From Monosiga brevicollis MX1 (Eukaryota): DNA of 64,000 nucleotides. Below, one piece after another: positions 10,500 through 23,501 of this stretch. The stretch is from assembly GCF_000002865.3 (NCBI RefSeq), contig NW_001865062.1, forward strand, positions 537,314-601,313. Direction: 5' to 3'. The first letter of the stretch is position 1. Each line of letters starts with the position of its first letter. The position numbers were made by a program, and so were the translations under genes. Under the pieces are notes generated by a model. That model had not been told where the DNA came from. It did not search any database and saw only the letters and a list, made by a program, of their open reading frames with translations.

Positions 10500-13167
10500 T
10501 TACACAGGCTGATCCAAGGCAGCCGTTTCTGCAAGACACTTGTCGATCCATGGCTTCCATTCCACGCTCATGCGAAGTGGATAATTGAGGTGGGTACCAA
10601 GGCCACGCAAAAGCAGACTGGCCCGCGCTGCCAGGACATGATGGCTTGCGGCTCCTGAAACCATCTCATCCTGCGCGAACAATGTCTCCACAAATTGCTA
10701 ACGGTACATTGCAGCAGGGTGCATCGGTGAGAGAAGGCCCCGCTCCAGTCAACCCGTGTTGCGTGCAGCACTCACCTGCAGATTCTGACCCTGACAGGTC
10801 ACGCGGTCGTCGCGATCAAAGGCAATGATGGCAGCCATCACGTTGACAAAGGGATCGTCACGAGCCGAAGCAAACCCTATGGCCTTGTGCGTTGCAATGA
10901 TTGCAGCTTCGTCATCGTCATAAATTGCCTTCATCAACAGGGCCAGCTCCCGCCTGTGAACACCACGAGTAAATGAATGTCAACCGTTCAACTCGGTGGC
11001 ATTTTGCCACACAACAACGCAGATGTGCTCGAATGGCCAGTGATGAACCATTAAGACTGACCTTTGCGCCGCTGTCATGGCCTTCACTTGTCCAAAATCA
11101 ATCAGACCCAGACGTCCATCAGAGCACAGCAACAAATTACCGGGATGGCAGTCTCCATTGAAAAGCTACATCCGTCAAATACCATAGGCGAATCAACCAA
11201 GCAAGGTAAATGAGCATCCACACCAGCATACATGCCCATCCACACACCAGGAGGGCGTGGCTTTGCTCCCTCAACGACAACTGCAACCCTAGATGGTCTC
11301 ACCCCATCCTCGAAAATTTGTTTGCCATGTACATCGATGAGCAGCTGGAGGAGATGTGGGATGTTCAACGGCAACTCTATGCAACCAGACCGACAATTCC
11401 ACGATGAATCATAGGACGAACGATACAAACAAAGCTCGCAGATCGCCTTCAATACTAGAGTTTGCAGACATGGGGTTTGCTGTGCTTCTCGTACCAGGTT
11501 GATAATAGCTCCATTGCTGAAATCCCAGAGGAGTAAGGATCACGTTATACAACCAGCGCCCCGAATTGATGAGGCCGGCGTAGGATCGCACCATCCAGAT
11601 GGCTCGCCGCATCTCGGCGTCTGAAGGTCCCGATTCCATCACACCCTGCGCTAAGCGCTGCTGCTGCTCGGCCTCCATCGCCTCCAGCGTTGTGCCCCGC
11701 GAAGCAGCCACATTGCGGTAAAAATCCTGTACCCAGCCTCGTAAGTGCATACATGGTGCGTAGCTTGCGCAAAGCAACAAGCAACCGTTCTGTCCAAAGC
11801 TCTGGAAGAGGACACGAAACCTACGCGGACGGCATCGACAAATTTGCGACCCTCAAGGTATGTCATGACCAAAACATCGCGTGTCACCAGCTCATCAATG
11901 GGCTCGGGCATCACCACCTGCACAGGTCAGTATACCAGACCGACCATGACTCAAGCAAGGCGCCGATGCCCAGCAGACATTCAACCAAGCGCACACCCCG
12001 TCTACGCGTCCATGAATCGAGCTGACACACCTCGTTCTCAAATTCAGGACGGAGGTTGGACCAGACTTGGCGCAGATTGGCTGCCTCCTGTCGATAATCA
12101 AACTCGGTCAAGAATTGATCGTGCAGTTCCTTGAGAAAATGAACTTGCTCGGGCTGCGCGAGTTCGCAAAACTGTGTGATGGTGCGCATGTCTGTATCAA
12201 AGTTGGCCTCGACCGCGGGAAACTTGACCTTGATCACCACCTCGCGCCCATCGTGCAAGCGTGCACGATGCACCTAACACCCATAGACGAAACAGTCAGG
12301 CCAGTTCAAAAAGGAGACAAGGCCTCGATGGAGGTCGTTGGGAAGTCGGAGGGTTGCGCGGCTGGTCTGACCTGGCCAATGCTAGCTGCACCCAGGGGTT
12401 GCTGGTCGACCCAGGCAAAAACCTCCTCAAGAGGCCTCTGCAGCGACCCCTCGATGACACCTCGCACGTACTCGAATGGCTCCGCAGGGACCTGATCCTG
12501 CAGCGTTTCCAACACATCCAAGTATTGCTGGGGCAGAAAATCAGCTCGCGTTGAACCCAGTTGGCCAACTTTGATGTAGAATCCTAAGCAAGCCCGATAA
12601 AGACGCACGCTAAGGTAGTGCCGCTGACCATGGAAGTGGTAGACAGACTACGAGCCGGGAAGAGGAGACAGAGCTATAGCCCGAGTGCTCAAGTGGCCTG
12701 CGCGGGACGCACCGCGCATTTGCAGAATCAGGTTCAGCATGACGGGCGCATACTCGTTGTGCAGGACATCGTATGCTTTGTCCTGCGTGGTAGAGGTTGC
12801 GATGGCTCGCCAGCATGCATGAGAGAAGGGGCTCAACGGTGAGCGGGCGACAGTGCATTGTGAGGGTACCTGTTCCTCCACGGGGTCTTTTTGCACCAGC
12901 TGCTGCACCAGCCGATAGTGCATGTAGACGGGAAAAGCACGCATCCTAAACCATGGCCAAGGGCAGTGCGGGGCAGGTCAGCATGGGAAGGTTAGCACGT
13001 CGCTGCGGGATACGGTTCCTGCGAGTGCACACCAACCAAAAGTTGGCGGTACGACGATGTCGCTCGTCCGAGCCAATAAATGCCGCCAAGCCTCCAAGAG
13101 TAGCCAAACTTCCCCACCCCATCGCACGGCCCCAGCTAAAGGTGCGCGCTGGGGCAGCGGTGGCCAT
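10500..13167 (-). CDS. ABC1/UbiB (ADCK) family atypical kinase, probably organelle-targeted
   Basis: GFYIKVGQ (KxGQ), LETLQDQVP, PLGAASIGQ|VHRARLHDGREVVIKV, EFDYRQEAANL, VLVMTYLEG, FNGDCHPGNLL, LIDFGQVK. The start could instead be at 13224. Confidence 0.9.
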
Positions 13168-13833
13168 GGTGGCTGCTCGGCCCAAGCGAGCCTTGAGCCA
13201 CGTGCCCGCCGTCCTGTGGCACATGAGCCGATCAGCCCAAACCGACCTTCAATTCAAGCAAGCTGACCTACAAGCGCCACTCGGCCCTTCCAACACTGCT
13301 CCATGCCCAGGCTTCATACCTGCTAGGTGCTAGCACCATGCTTGTCGTCCGTACCAGCAGCATCACGCTGCCGTTTGATCACCTCTGACGCACGTTGCAT
13401 AAGCCTGTGGTGTTGTTCCAAAAAAAAAATCTCTCTCTTTCCCTCTCTCTCTCTCATGAAATTTTGAGAAACTGGGAGAGCGCAAATTCGTTGAGATGTT
13501 TTATTCAGCCGGACGTTGGTGAAGAAGGTGTTGGGGGTGTATCAACTAAAAGCGGCTCGACATTTACACATGATGGCAACGTGGGCGGTGCTCAAGCACA
13601 CCCTCGACCGACCATCTTCAACCAAAGCGACAAATTGACACGTAAAAACTCATTTATCAGACCGCCCGAGGGCGAAGGATCCGTGCTAGCAAAACGTCAA
13701 GGACCTGCCTATCTCATATGCTTGAGGCAAAGGGCCACTTGTGCCACCACCACCACCCCCCCCCCCAAAAAAAAAGGGGAGGAGGGAAGGGGAGTTCAAA
13801 AACAGCTCAATCACAATTTCATTCTGGCAGTGA

Positions 13834-14222
13834 TCACGCAGTTGCCTCTTCGGGCGGGCCGGCCAGCACGAGAACAGCCGATGATTCACTGCTCAGCCGT
13901 CGGCGCATAGAGTGCGTGAGCCGAGAGCCACGCCGAATGCTGGCTCGTGCAAACTCCGACTCGAGCATCTGAAAGGTCGGTCGCGCCGCCGGATCTGTGG
14001 CCCAGCACCGCTCCATCAAACGTTGCAGCTCTGATGGACAGCTCGCAGGAATTTCGGGGCGCTCGCCCTCAACGTAGGCCTCGCGCATTTGATGAATAAA
14101 GCGCAAGTGTGACATGGGATACTTGCGCGTGACGATTTCCCACACCAACACGGAAAAGCTGAAAACTATTCAACGGCCAGCACCAGCGACAGCACCATGC
14201 ACGGCGACCATGAGTTTGCCCA

Positions 14223-14289
<67 letters not shown>

Positions 14290-17200
14290 GCCCGCCACTG
14301 CAAATATTGCTGTCGTACCATCGGCGGGAAAAGAGTACTGGCCTCCATCGAGCACTTCAGGAGCCATCCAGCCCAGAGTGCCAATCAAGGACGTGTGCTG
14401 TGGGCGCTCTTGTAGTTCACCCTCCTCTGACAAGGGCTCGATGGAGGAGGACGAGTCGCCTTGCTTGCGGCGCTGCGTTCGATTGAGATATCGGCTCAAC
14501 AAGCGACCCGCATCATTGGATTTGATGGTCGCATTTGGGTCCACATCCGTGTAATCGGGGTCTTCTTCAGACACGGATAGCATTTGATCTTCCCGCACTC
14601 GTTTTGCTTTGTCGAAATCGGTGATTTTGAGGGTCCATTTAAATGTGATCAAACACTGCCACAAAACGAGGAGAGACAAGGAATGGTAGTGAGCCTTTGA
14701 CATCCGAAAGCGCACAAGATCGAGCCAGTTCCTTCAACTAAGAGCATGAGTAAGAGCATAAGAGTGCGAGTGTTGCTTACATTATCAGCCTTGACATCGC
14801 GATGGATGCGTTGCTTGCGATGCAAATAGTTGAGCCCTGCGCCCGACGACAAACATGCCCAATCAAATGATGTATTGTCAAACAGAAGCACCAATCAAGT
14901 GAATCGAGGGGTTTCAGGATCATACCCCGAATGGCATCAGAAATGAAGCCTTCGCGCACGTGTGCGGAGAGCTCCACCTCGGGCTTGTCCAAGATGCTGC
15001 GGAGCGAACCCCGCTCCACATACTCCATCACCAAAAAGACGGGCTCTTCGAAGCACGCCCCGAGAAACTCAACAATGTTCCTACAGTCGGCAGCACCCCA
15101 AAGAGCAGAGCACTCCCGTAAGTTGCATCGATCCGAAAGATACCGCACCTCATCGTGGATCGGTGGTTGTGGACTTACTCATGACGCAAAGTGCGCAAAG
15201 TGGTAATTTCCTGCCGCAACTCCTCGTGCCCTGCCATGAAAAGAGACTTGGCATTCCACATTTTTAAGGCCACTTGTCTATGCCATCAAAGGCCACGAAG
15301 CCACGAAACGCGGCGCGGCGCGGATGCATGAGCCAGCATACCAACGAGAAATTATGGCGACAGACTCCCAAAGAGCAAGCATTGCCCTCGATACCAGTCT
15401 TACCGATCCTGGCTCTTCCAACGCCCACGCTTGACAGCACCAAGGCTGCCCTCCCCAATGTCCTCAAAGATTTCCAAGTCTGACGATGGGATATCCCAAA
15501 CAGCAGCAAGTTCATCAAACTCAAACTGCATTTCGTTCACCTGTTGTTCGTGACGCTCCTCCAACTCCAAACGCTCGTAGTGCGTGGTGCGCTTGAAGTG
15601 GCGGTGGAGGTAATAAAGTGCAATGACAGCCAGAGCGGCCAGACTCAAGAAGGTAGTGATCACTACCAGTGCCACTAATGAAGTCTCGCAGCGCACGCCC
15701 GAGTGCAGCACCGAGCACTTGCATCGCGGAAGATGCAAGCTCTCGCTGCCAGCGATGGATTCCACGTGGCAACTGGCCCCATTGCGGCAGTAGTTTTTGT
15801 TGCAAATATTGCAGTCAGAAATATGGCTAGCCCCTGCATTGGACGTCAATCCCTCTGGACAGTTGCTGCAGTCACCGGCCAGCCAGTAGGTTCCGGCCAG
15901 GCAGTCGATGCATGGAGCATCGGCAAAGGTCCGTGCGTCCGCGTCAGTGCCTAAAGAAACACGTGGTTCATAAGATTCAATCGCTAAAAAGCTTTGTCAA
16001 GCAACACAAAGACCCGAACATACGATTCAGCTTCTTGCCCGGGTTGCAAGAGAGGTTCAATATAGAAAAATCACCAAGAAAAGAACCGTCTGCCGTGGCT
16101 CCACCCCACATCATCACCTAGAAAGCAAAGTTTTGGACAAATAAAAAGATATTGGTCACCAACTATGCGTATTGCCGCGAACAATCGACCAAGGTGCCGA
16201 CAAGTCAGGGGTGTGTTGACAAAGTTGCCGTACCTTGCCAGCGGCATAAACGCCCGACATGCCATAACGGGGCTGGTCCAAAGTGACGCGATCGTTGTTG
16301 TCATTGTACACATACTCAAGGTTGTTCGTCACGTGGTCGTAAATAAACAGGTTAGAATTCGCATTGCCCGACGGGCTCAGGCCACCCAGAAGCAGCCATT
16401 TGAAGGCATCCCGTCGCCGCGACGGCATGCTGTGTGTAAGTGCAATGCCCGTCATAAAGCGAAGCTGGCCCAGGCCTTGATACGGCGATGCTAGCTCTTG
16501 GCGTCGCCATGCTCGCGTCTTTAACGAGAAGATGTAAATGCAAGTATAGCAAAACTTTAATGTATCCTCTTCGTTCGATCCGGGCCGACCAGCCACGATC
16601 ATTTCCTCATCGCCATTGCTACGCAACAGCACGGCTGCAGCATGGCCTGCATGTCCGGGACCAGAGGGCAAGACCTCAACAGTCACGTTCTGGAGACCTG
16701 GCAAGAGCAACATGATCTTTCATCAGCCAAATGCCGAATGGAAGAAAGGAGCAAGGGTATGGTATAACCGTATCAAACCAAACAAAATCCCGCATGTGAT
16801 AGCAGTGAGCACGAACCCTTGACCAAGCTGAAGAGCAGCAATTGACCGGTCACGTCGAGATTGCAATCGTAGCCACCATATGCCAATGCCACCTAGACGC
16901 GGACGGCGGCAAAACCACAACCAAGTGACAAGATGAGGTAGGACTGAATGTAAGAGACGAGCACAATCCCTTCTGGTGTGTTGCCGAAATGGGTAGAGCC
17001 ACGCCGCCCCACATGCGATGCATCGTCATACACGGGATGTTGGGGCGTAGGTTAAGGACCCGCTGCGTGAAGGTTTGGCGATGGGCTGCATATTGTAAAC
17101 GTAACTGTATACGCGCGAAGCTCTAAACCAGGCAGAACCCCAGAACAAGACAACCACGGGTCGAGTCAGCGCGCACGCGAAACAACCAAAACGGCACAAA

Positions 17201-19509
17201 GCACCAAAAGGCGTCGCCGCTTCCTACGTGAGATGGACGATATTTAGTGTTGGAAGGGGTCGCCAGAGCCAATCTGTAGGAATGCTGTACAGGCCGCCCC
17301 ATGCCGCGATCACGTTGCCCGTGGGCTCGTTGGCATCTGTGCGCAGGCCAGCAATGTGCTCCTTGGGGATGTCGACGGCAGCACCGCAGCAACCTTGTGT
17401 AGGGTCAAATGGAATCACATCCCCGCAAATCTCGATGGACAGAGTTCGAGCGGATGTGCCATTAAAATTGAAGGGATAAAAGTCGACATAATCAGCTTCG
17501 GGATCGAATGAAACGCTGCGCCACGCGACAGAGGAATCTTGGATGTCGGCAGTGGATAGGATCCAAGAGTCGGCGAAGACTCCCGCCGAAACATGGCCAG
17601 CTTTGAGGACGCGATCGTCCGATAGACGTGCCATGCCACTGAGGATTCCCGCCGCTGGGCTGTATACGAGAGAGGATACGTCCCATTCACATGTCTACCA
17701 CACCAAAGTACGTTCCGCAAATGTGAATGCACGTGAGAGGGTCGCACAAAATATATGGGCAGGCCCAGTGGTGAGGCACGCACGTTCATTTCAGCATCCA
17801 AATGCATGAACCAATAAGGCTGAGCCGAGCCATCAACAAGAGATGCCAGGGGGCCCGCAACCACCGTTTTGCCGATACTCGGCACGTTGGTCGAAGCAAA
17901 ATCGCGAGGCATGACACCATATCTGGGCCGCCAGAAAATCAAAGGATGTAAGGGCAGAGAGCGGTGAGTGGAATGACAAAGTACAACGATAGCCTGGTCG
18001 AGGGCGGGGCGGGTCGAGGAGTGGGCACAAACCCTTCAAGAAACGGCTGGTTGCGGACGCTGACGTCATTGTCGGCAAAAATCACAGCCGATCCGTTGGT
18101 CAGGAGACGGTATGTTTTGAGCTGCACGTGGGCGCCGGAGGGAAATCGTTAGTGGCCAGTCGAGAGCTTACAAGCATGGGCCGGGCATTGTAAAACCGAA
18201 TCACCTACCACAGTTGTGGCGGCCAGGGGGGTGCCAATGGCCATAACTGAGTACTCCATCCCGGAACTGACAAGGAAGATGTGGGCTCGAGAATAGAGGA
18301 TGGGCAAGCGATAGGTAGAGAGCTCCCAGAACAGGGTTGGCGGCGAAGCAGTCAAGTTGACACTCCACAGATAGCATTCCGCTGCATAATGACCAGTGTA
18401 ACCTAGAAGATGACATCGGGACCACGGAGCAAGCATCGTCACTTGACCATGGCATACGACCAGAGCAAGCAAAAAGAAAGACAAGCCAGTGCGCGGTTGG
18501 ACGCGTACCTGTGTCGAATGAATTTGTCGTATCTTGGTCAAATCCACCACAGACGAGACGGGGTGCAACAAAGTCTAGTGCGAGGTCGTCATCGTATGAG
18601 TAGAGAGAGGCAATGTTGTAGCGGTTGACGACGGCGCTGTTGGGAGCTTGTTTGAGTCGCTGCCAATGGACGGTACGGGCTGCATCATCGTAGGTGGCGA
18701 GGTAGCCATTTGCATTGAGCTCGTTGCACTTTGCTGTTTCAGGGTCAGGGCGACCAATGCAGCCGCCGAACAAAAGGGCGTGCGTCTCATCAACGACGAG
18801 CATGGTAGTGCGGGCTAGCTCATCAAGGGTGCCGGTGACAGTAAAGCGGTCCCACTGGCACAACGGCCAGCCGTTGATGTCAGACCCGACGAGGGTTAAG
18901 CGCCAGGCATCAGAGAGGGCGGTAGAGGCGGCTGAGTAGCCACCAACAATGTAGAGACTGTTGTTACGAACAACGTAGCCGGCGGTGGCTCGCGCGACGG
19001 GACCTTCACCGGTCAAGGTACAATCGTACGGCTTGACCTCGTGGTTTGTCGCACTAATACCCAAGAGTGTGGTGGATCCGGCGAAATCGCTTGACTGAAT
19101 GTTGGTATGACCACCAAAGGTCACAACAAAGTTTTCTTGCTCCCCTGCGAGTGTCATCCGGCTGAGGCGAGCCATGGTCAAACCAACCAGGCTGGCATCT
19201 AGTCTGTTGTACGCACGCACATGCAGAGACACAAGAGTGGGAAGTGGGGTAGTGGAGGGGCAAGGGAGGTGAGACCAAGCACCCAAGACAAACTGAGGGT
19301 AGACTGAAGTAGCAAGAAGAAGCGTTCTCATCGAGGACAACGGCGAAGGTTACCCCAGAAACCCTGCATTCAACAACTCACTTGGTGGCGCGCACCGCTT
19401 GCAGGCGGTTTGAACTGTAATCCGGAGTAGAGCCATTGGCGTAGGCTGCCACCGGGTGTGGAACGGAAAAGAAGAGGCCCAGTCCAACCAGAAGGACTGA
19501 GACCATCAT
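13834..19509 (-). CDS. Receptor-type TKL (Ser/Thr-like) kinase with kelch-like, Cys-rich and EGF ectodomain
   Basis: Signal peptide MMVSVLLVGLGLFFSVPHPVAA. Kelch-like motifs FGGH, VGGY...DAW, FGGC, CGGF, LGGL. Cys-rich CIDCLAGTY...CSNCPEGLTS and EGF-like CRNGASC...CKC...GVRCE. TM LVALVVITTFLSLAALAVIALYYL. Kinase motifs GEGSLG, VALK, HRDVKADN, KITDFD, GTLGWMAPE, CWATDPAARPTF. Confidence 0.85.
14224..14287. repeat. (CA)n microsatellite, intronic
   Basis: Perfect CA run. Confidence 0.97.
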
Positions 19510-20174
19510 CTCCCTGTCGAGGCCTCGTATGGACGTACGCCGTGCTTGTGGCATGTCAGCGGCCTGCCAGCACGCAAGCCCGATCTTGGCAGGCGCCAGC
19601 AGCTGTTGTTTGCAAGCTGGCGACAGCCGAGCCGTATCAGTCCTACCCCAAAATTGAGCACCAGCCAGGGCTGCTGATCCAAATGGCAGGTTCCTGGAAG
19701 TGGCTCGGCTGTTCACTCGCACCTGCAAGGCCGAGGCAAGCAGCAGGCGGGGGGCATGAGCGAGAAGAACTTGGCGTTGTCCTGACAAGCGCAGCCGCCG
19801 TTGGACGGCTCAAACCCTTGAAATCACTGACCGTGCATTTGAAGACAGAGAGAGATGCCCTTTCCTGACCGCCGCCGCCTTCAACACCACCACCACGACA
19901 ACGACGACGACGATGACGGGTTCGGCAGATCAATGGGCGCTGCCGTTTTGTGTTCTTCAGCTGTTGTCGCTTTGTGTTGTTGTTGATCGATTCCACTTCA
20001 GCAGCAACAGCAGCCGTGCGCATAAGGTAAACTATCCCTCTCTTTTTTCAAACAACTTTGATGCGCGATGGTGGGTTTGGTATTTACTATTTTACTTGTT
20101 TTAGAGTGTGTTCTTGTTGGCGGTCGTGCAAAGGGACACAAGCTTTGCCGATGCTGAGAAAAAGTATTTTCAAG

Positions 20175-20212
20175 GTGTGTGTGAGTGAGTGAGTGAGTGA
20201 GTGAGTGAGTGA

Positions 20213-20307
<95 letters not shown>
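20175..20307. repeat. Compound (GAGT)n(GT)n microsatellite in a divergent intergenic region
   Basis: GTGA units followed by a long GT run. Confidence 0.97.
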
Positions 20308-20309
<2 letters not shown>

Positions 20310-20506
20310 GTCGTGTCATCGGCGGCGGCGGCTCGGGGCGCTGCCCGCGGAGGCGGTGAATGCAACTCCGCAAAAAAAGATAATGATGGCGCAGCCTTTG
20401 ATCGGGGGGTTGAAAGGAACCCAAAGCTGCCGTTATGTGGGGGTGTTGGTCTGCTTGTTCACGCCGTCTGTCTTGATACATGTAGAAGACTGCGGTGACT
20501 GCAAAC

Positions 20507-23370
20507 ATGGCGGAAGATGACGTGCTGAAACAGCCCTTTGATCTGGCCGTCGAGGGAACCGGTATGGCTAGTTGTGCAACGCTAGCCCCATGGAACGCGG
20601 CTGCGCCAACCCTTTTGGCCGTTGCTTGAAACGAATTGTCTGAGAACTTGCCAGGTCTCATCCACGTTCATGTTTTGTCCCAATACAGGATTGATCTGCT
20701 CCATTCTGGCAGCAGCCGCATCGCGGGTGGGCAAGCGCGTCATCCATGCCGACAGGTCTGCCACCTTTCTCACTTCATGCGCTCTTGAACACTTGCTTCC
20801 CTTGCATCAACGCGGGCTCTCATTGCTGTGGCTATTCCATGCTTCCCGGCTCGTGGCGCGGCCTTGCTGATGACGTGGCGTATTGATGGGCACTGACAGC
20901 CGTACCAGCTATGGCCGACAATGGGCCTGCCCCAACCCATCCGAACTGGGCCAGCTAGGCGCCGCGTATGTTGCGACGATGGCCCGTGACAGTCAGGCTG
21001 GCTCGCATTTGCCCAAGGCATTCACGAGGAGTTTGGTTATTTGCGACCTGTCAGGGATGGTGTATTTGATTTGGTGGTGCATCGCCCGTGGTCTGGACCC
21101 GAAGCACAAGTGCGACGTGTCCAGCTCGAACTTGCTCCGCAAGTAGGTACTTTGCCCCTGCCCTCTTGCCCTGCACCAGCCTCGCGCTGCCAGATCCCAG
21201 TGGGCCCCCCTTGGCTGCCCTCACGAAACTACACACCCACTTCCACCCTGGCGATGACAAGATGTGCTTTGCACGGGGGGCCTGCATCCGCCTCCTGCTC
21301 GACAGCAACACGACTCGCTATTTAGACTTTAAGCCACTAGCGCAACTCTTTCAGCACGATGGAGAGAAGGCGACCGTTGTACGTTCCACGCACTCCTTCC
21401 TTTGTTCGTTCGTTCGAGCCCCGACGGTACTTCTGCGATGGTCGAATGAACAGCGCAACTGAACAATACGTTACCTATGCCCAGGTGCCCTACAGCAAGC
21501 CAACACTGATGCGTGACCGACTTTTGTCCCCACGCGACAAGCGCGTGCTCGTGCGCTTTCTGCAAAAAGTGGTCTCCGAGGCAAGCGAGGCTGCGGCCCA
21601 GCCAGTTTCCACCGACCGCACCTTTGTGCAATACTTGCAACAAGATCATGGTCTCTCGGATAGCCTCTGCCACCTCGTCTCGGATTTCATGACCTATCTG
21701 CCTCCCGATGCCCCGGTAAGCAGGGCACAGTGTCTGAATCCAGTGTCATGCCTGGACTCAAAATGTCTGACAAGCCCAAGCCGCCTCATGCCCCTGTGCC
21801 AACACAGATTGCGGCCGGTTTGGCAGCCATGGCCCGCTTCATGTCATCCCTGGGCGTGTACACCGAGACGCCTCTGCTGCTCAACATGTATGGCAATGCC
21901 GAAATTGCCCAGGCGTTTTGTCGGTGAGTTTGCTTTTGCTATGTAGTCCCCTCATGCATCCCGGTCCGCGCGCTCAAATCGCCCATGACCGTGGCCGCTC
22001 TGTGGACTTGATTCCCGCGTGGTAGGCTGAGCGCAGTGTACGGCGGCATCTACATGCTGCAGGCCAATGCGCCTGCCGAGCCTCAACGCAGTCACGCCGA
22101 CGAGCACGAAGATAGTGATGTCTTGATTGCACCAGATTCCATCTGCAGGCCTGCGTGGACCTGGCAATTGGGCGAGTTTAATGTTGGTTGTCACCGCGTG
22201 GTGCGCACGGCCCTGCCGCACAAAATGCCGGGTCGGGTTGTGGCTCGACTGGTGGCCGTGACGCGTCACTGGCCCACCTGTCTCGGTGAGCAGGATGGCA
22301 CGGCCGTCTTGTTGACTTTCAAATCTGGTGTAGCGGACCAACAAAGCTCTACGCGTGTTTACATTACCGGGCCTGGCGCAGGCACCACACCGGACGGCCT
22401 GTGTAAGCGCCGACGATGCTCTTGCCTTTCTTGACATTTTTTTTTCTTTTTCTTTTTTCTCTTTTTTTTCTTTTTTTCCTTGTGTGAGACAGACTCACAA
22501 GGGTGTGCTGACTTGGTACGTGGTTCAATGTGCCTCTGCAGACGTTGTGCAGTTTACAAGCGAAGACTGCGCCGGGAACTGGTCGGAACGGCTCCAGGCG
22601 TTGCTGTCTCTCTTGTATCCGGCGGAAGCTGCGACCCCCGCAGCTCCACCCGTGGAAGTTGACGCTGACTCGACAACAGCATCCGCAGACCCTATTGTAT
22701 TCTCAGCCACATTTACGCAGAGCGTTGCTGGTGTCCTGGATGACTGTTGCTACGAGGAGAATGACGGCATCGTTTACGTGGCGTACGCCCTCTGACTTCC
22801 CACCTGTGCCACCTGTGCTCTGCGCTCTTGAACGGCTCTCACCGTGCTGTTGGTGTCACCGCACTGCCTCGCAACCCGGCAGAGATCGCTGGGACGGCAC
22901 TCCCAGTTTGGACGATGCCGTTCAGCGAGCTCAGCGGCTATTTGAATTTCTGTTTCCGGGCGAAGAGTTTTTGCCGCCCATCCCGGATCCTGAAGATGTT
23001 GTTTTTGATGCTACTGAACGGTGTGTGCGCGGTTTGGACGTTTGGGGACCTGCCTGGGCGTGCTCTGTTTTTGTTTTTTGTTTTTTTGTTTTTTTTCGGC
23101 TTGCTTTGCCTTGGAGGTATGTATCGTGTCGACGGGCTCATCTGAAAAGGGAATTAACGTAGGGTGGTCATCAAGCCTGCCACGACGGCGTTTGGAACCA
23201 TGTATCTGCCCATGGAGGCATACTGCGTGGACCCTACTTCGCAATCGCTGCAAGTAGACAAGGTTCTCCAAGACGACTTGCTGCATATGGTGGCCAACAA
23301 TACAGCACAACATGCTGTGGCACAAGGCAGAGCTGAGGCGCAGGTTGTATTGGCCGAAAGCCAGGCTTAA
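20507..23370 (+). CDS. CHM: Rab escort protein (REP/CHM; Rab GGTase component A, GDI superfamily)
   Basis: FDLAVEGTG|LICSILAAAASRVGKRVIHAD|SRTSYGRQWA, RGACIRLLLDSNTTRYLDFK, QVPYSK...LSPRDKRVLVRFL, YGNAEIAQAFCR|LSAVYGGIYML, and the REP-type C-terminal LFPGEEFLPPIPDPEDVVFD. The last exon (23163-23370) is less certain. Confidence 0.88.
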
Positions 23371-23501
23371 CTTGGCTCATGGTTGAAACCTTGCGGGTGC
23401 TGCAGCTGTGAAGAATCATAGCATAGGAAATTGATTGAAGAACGATTTTGGCCCGCTCAGTTGGGCAGGAGGCACATTTATGGTCCAAGCCAGGAGCTAA
23501 A

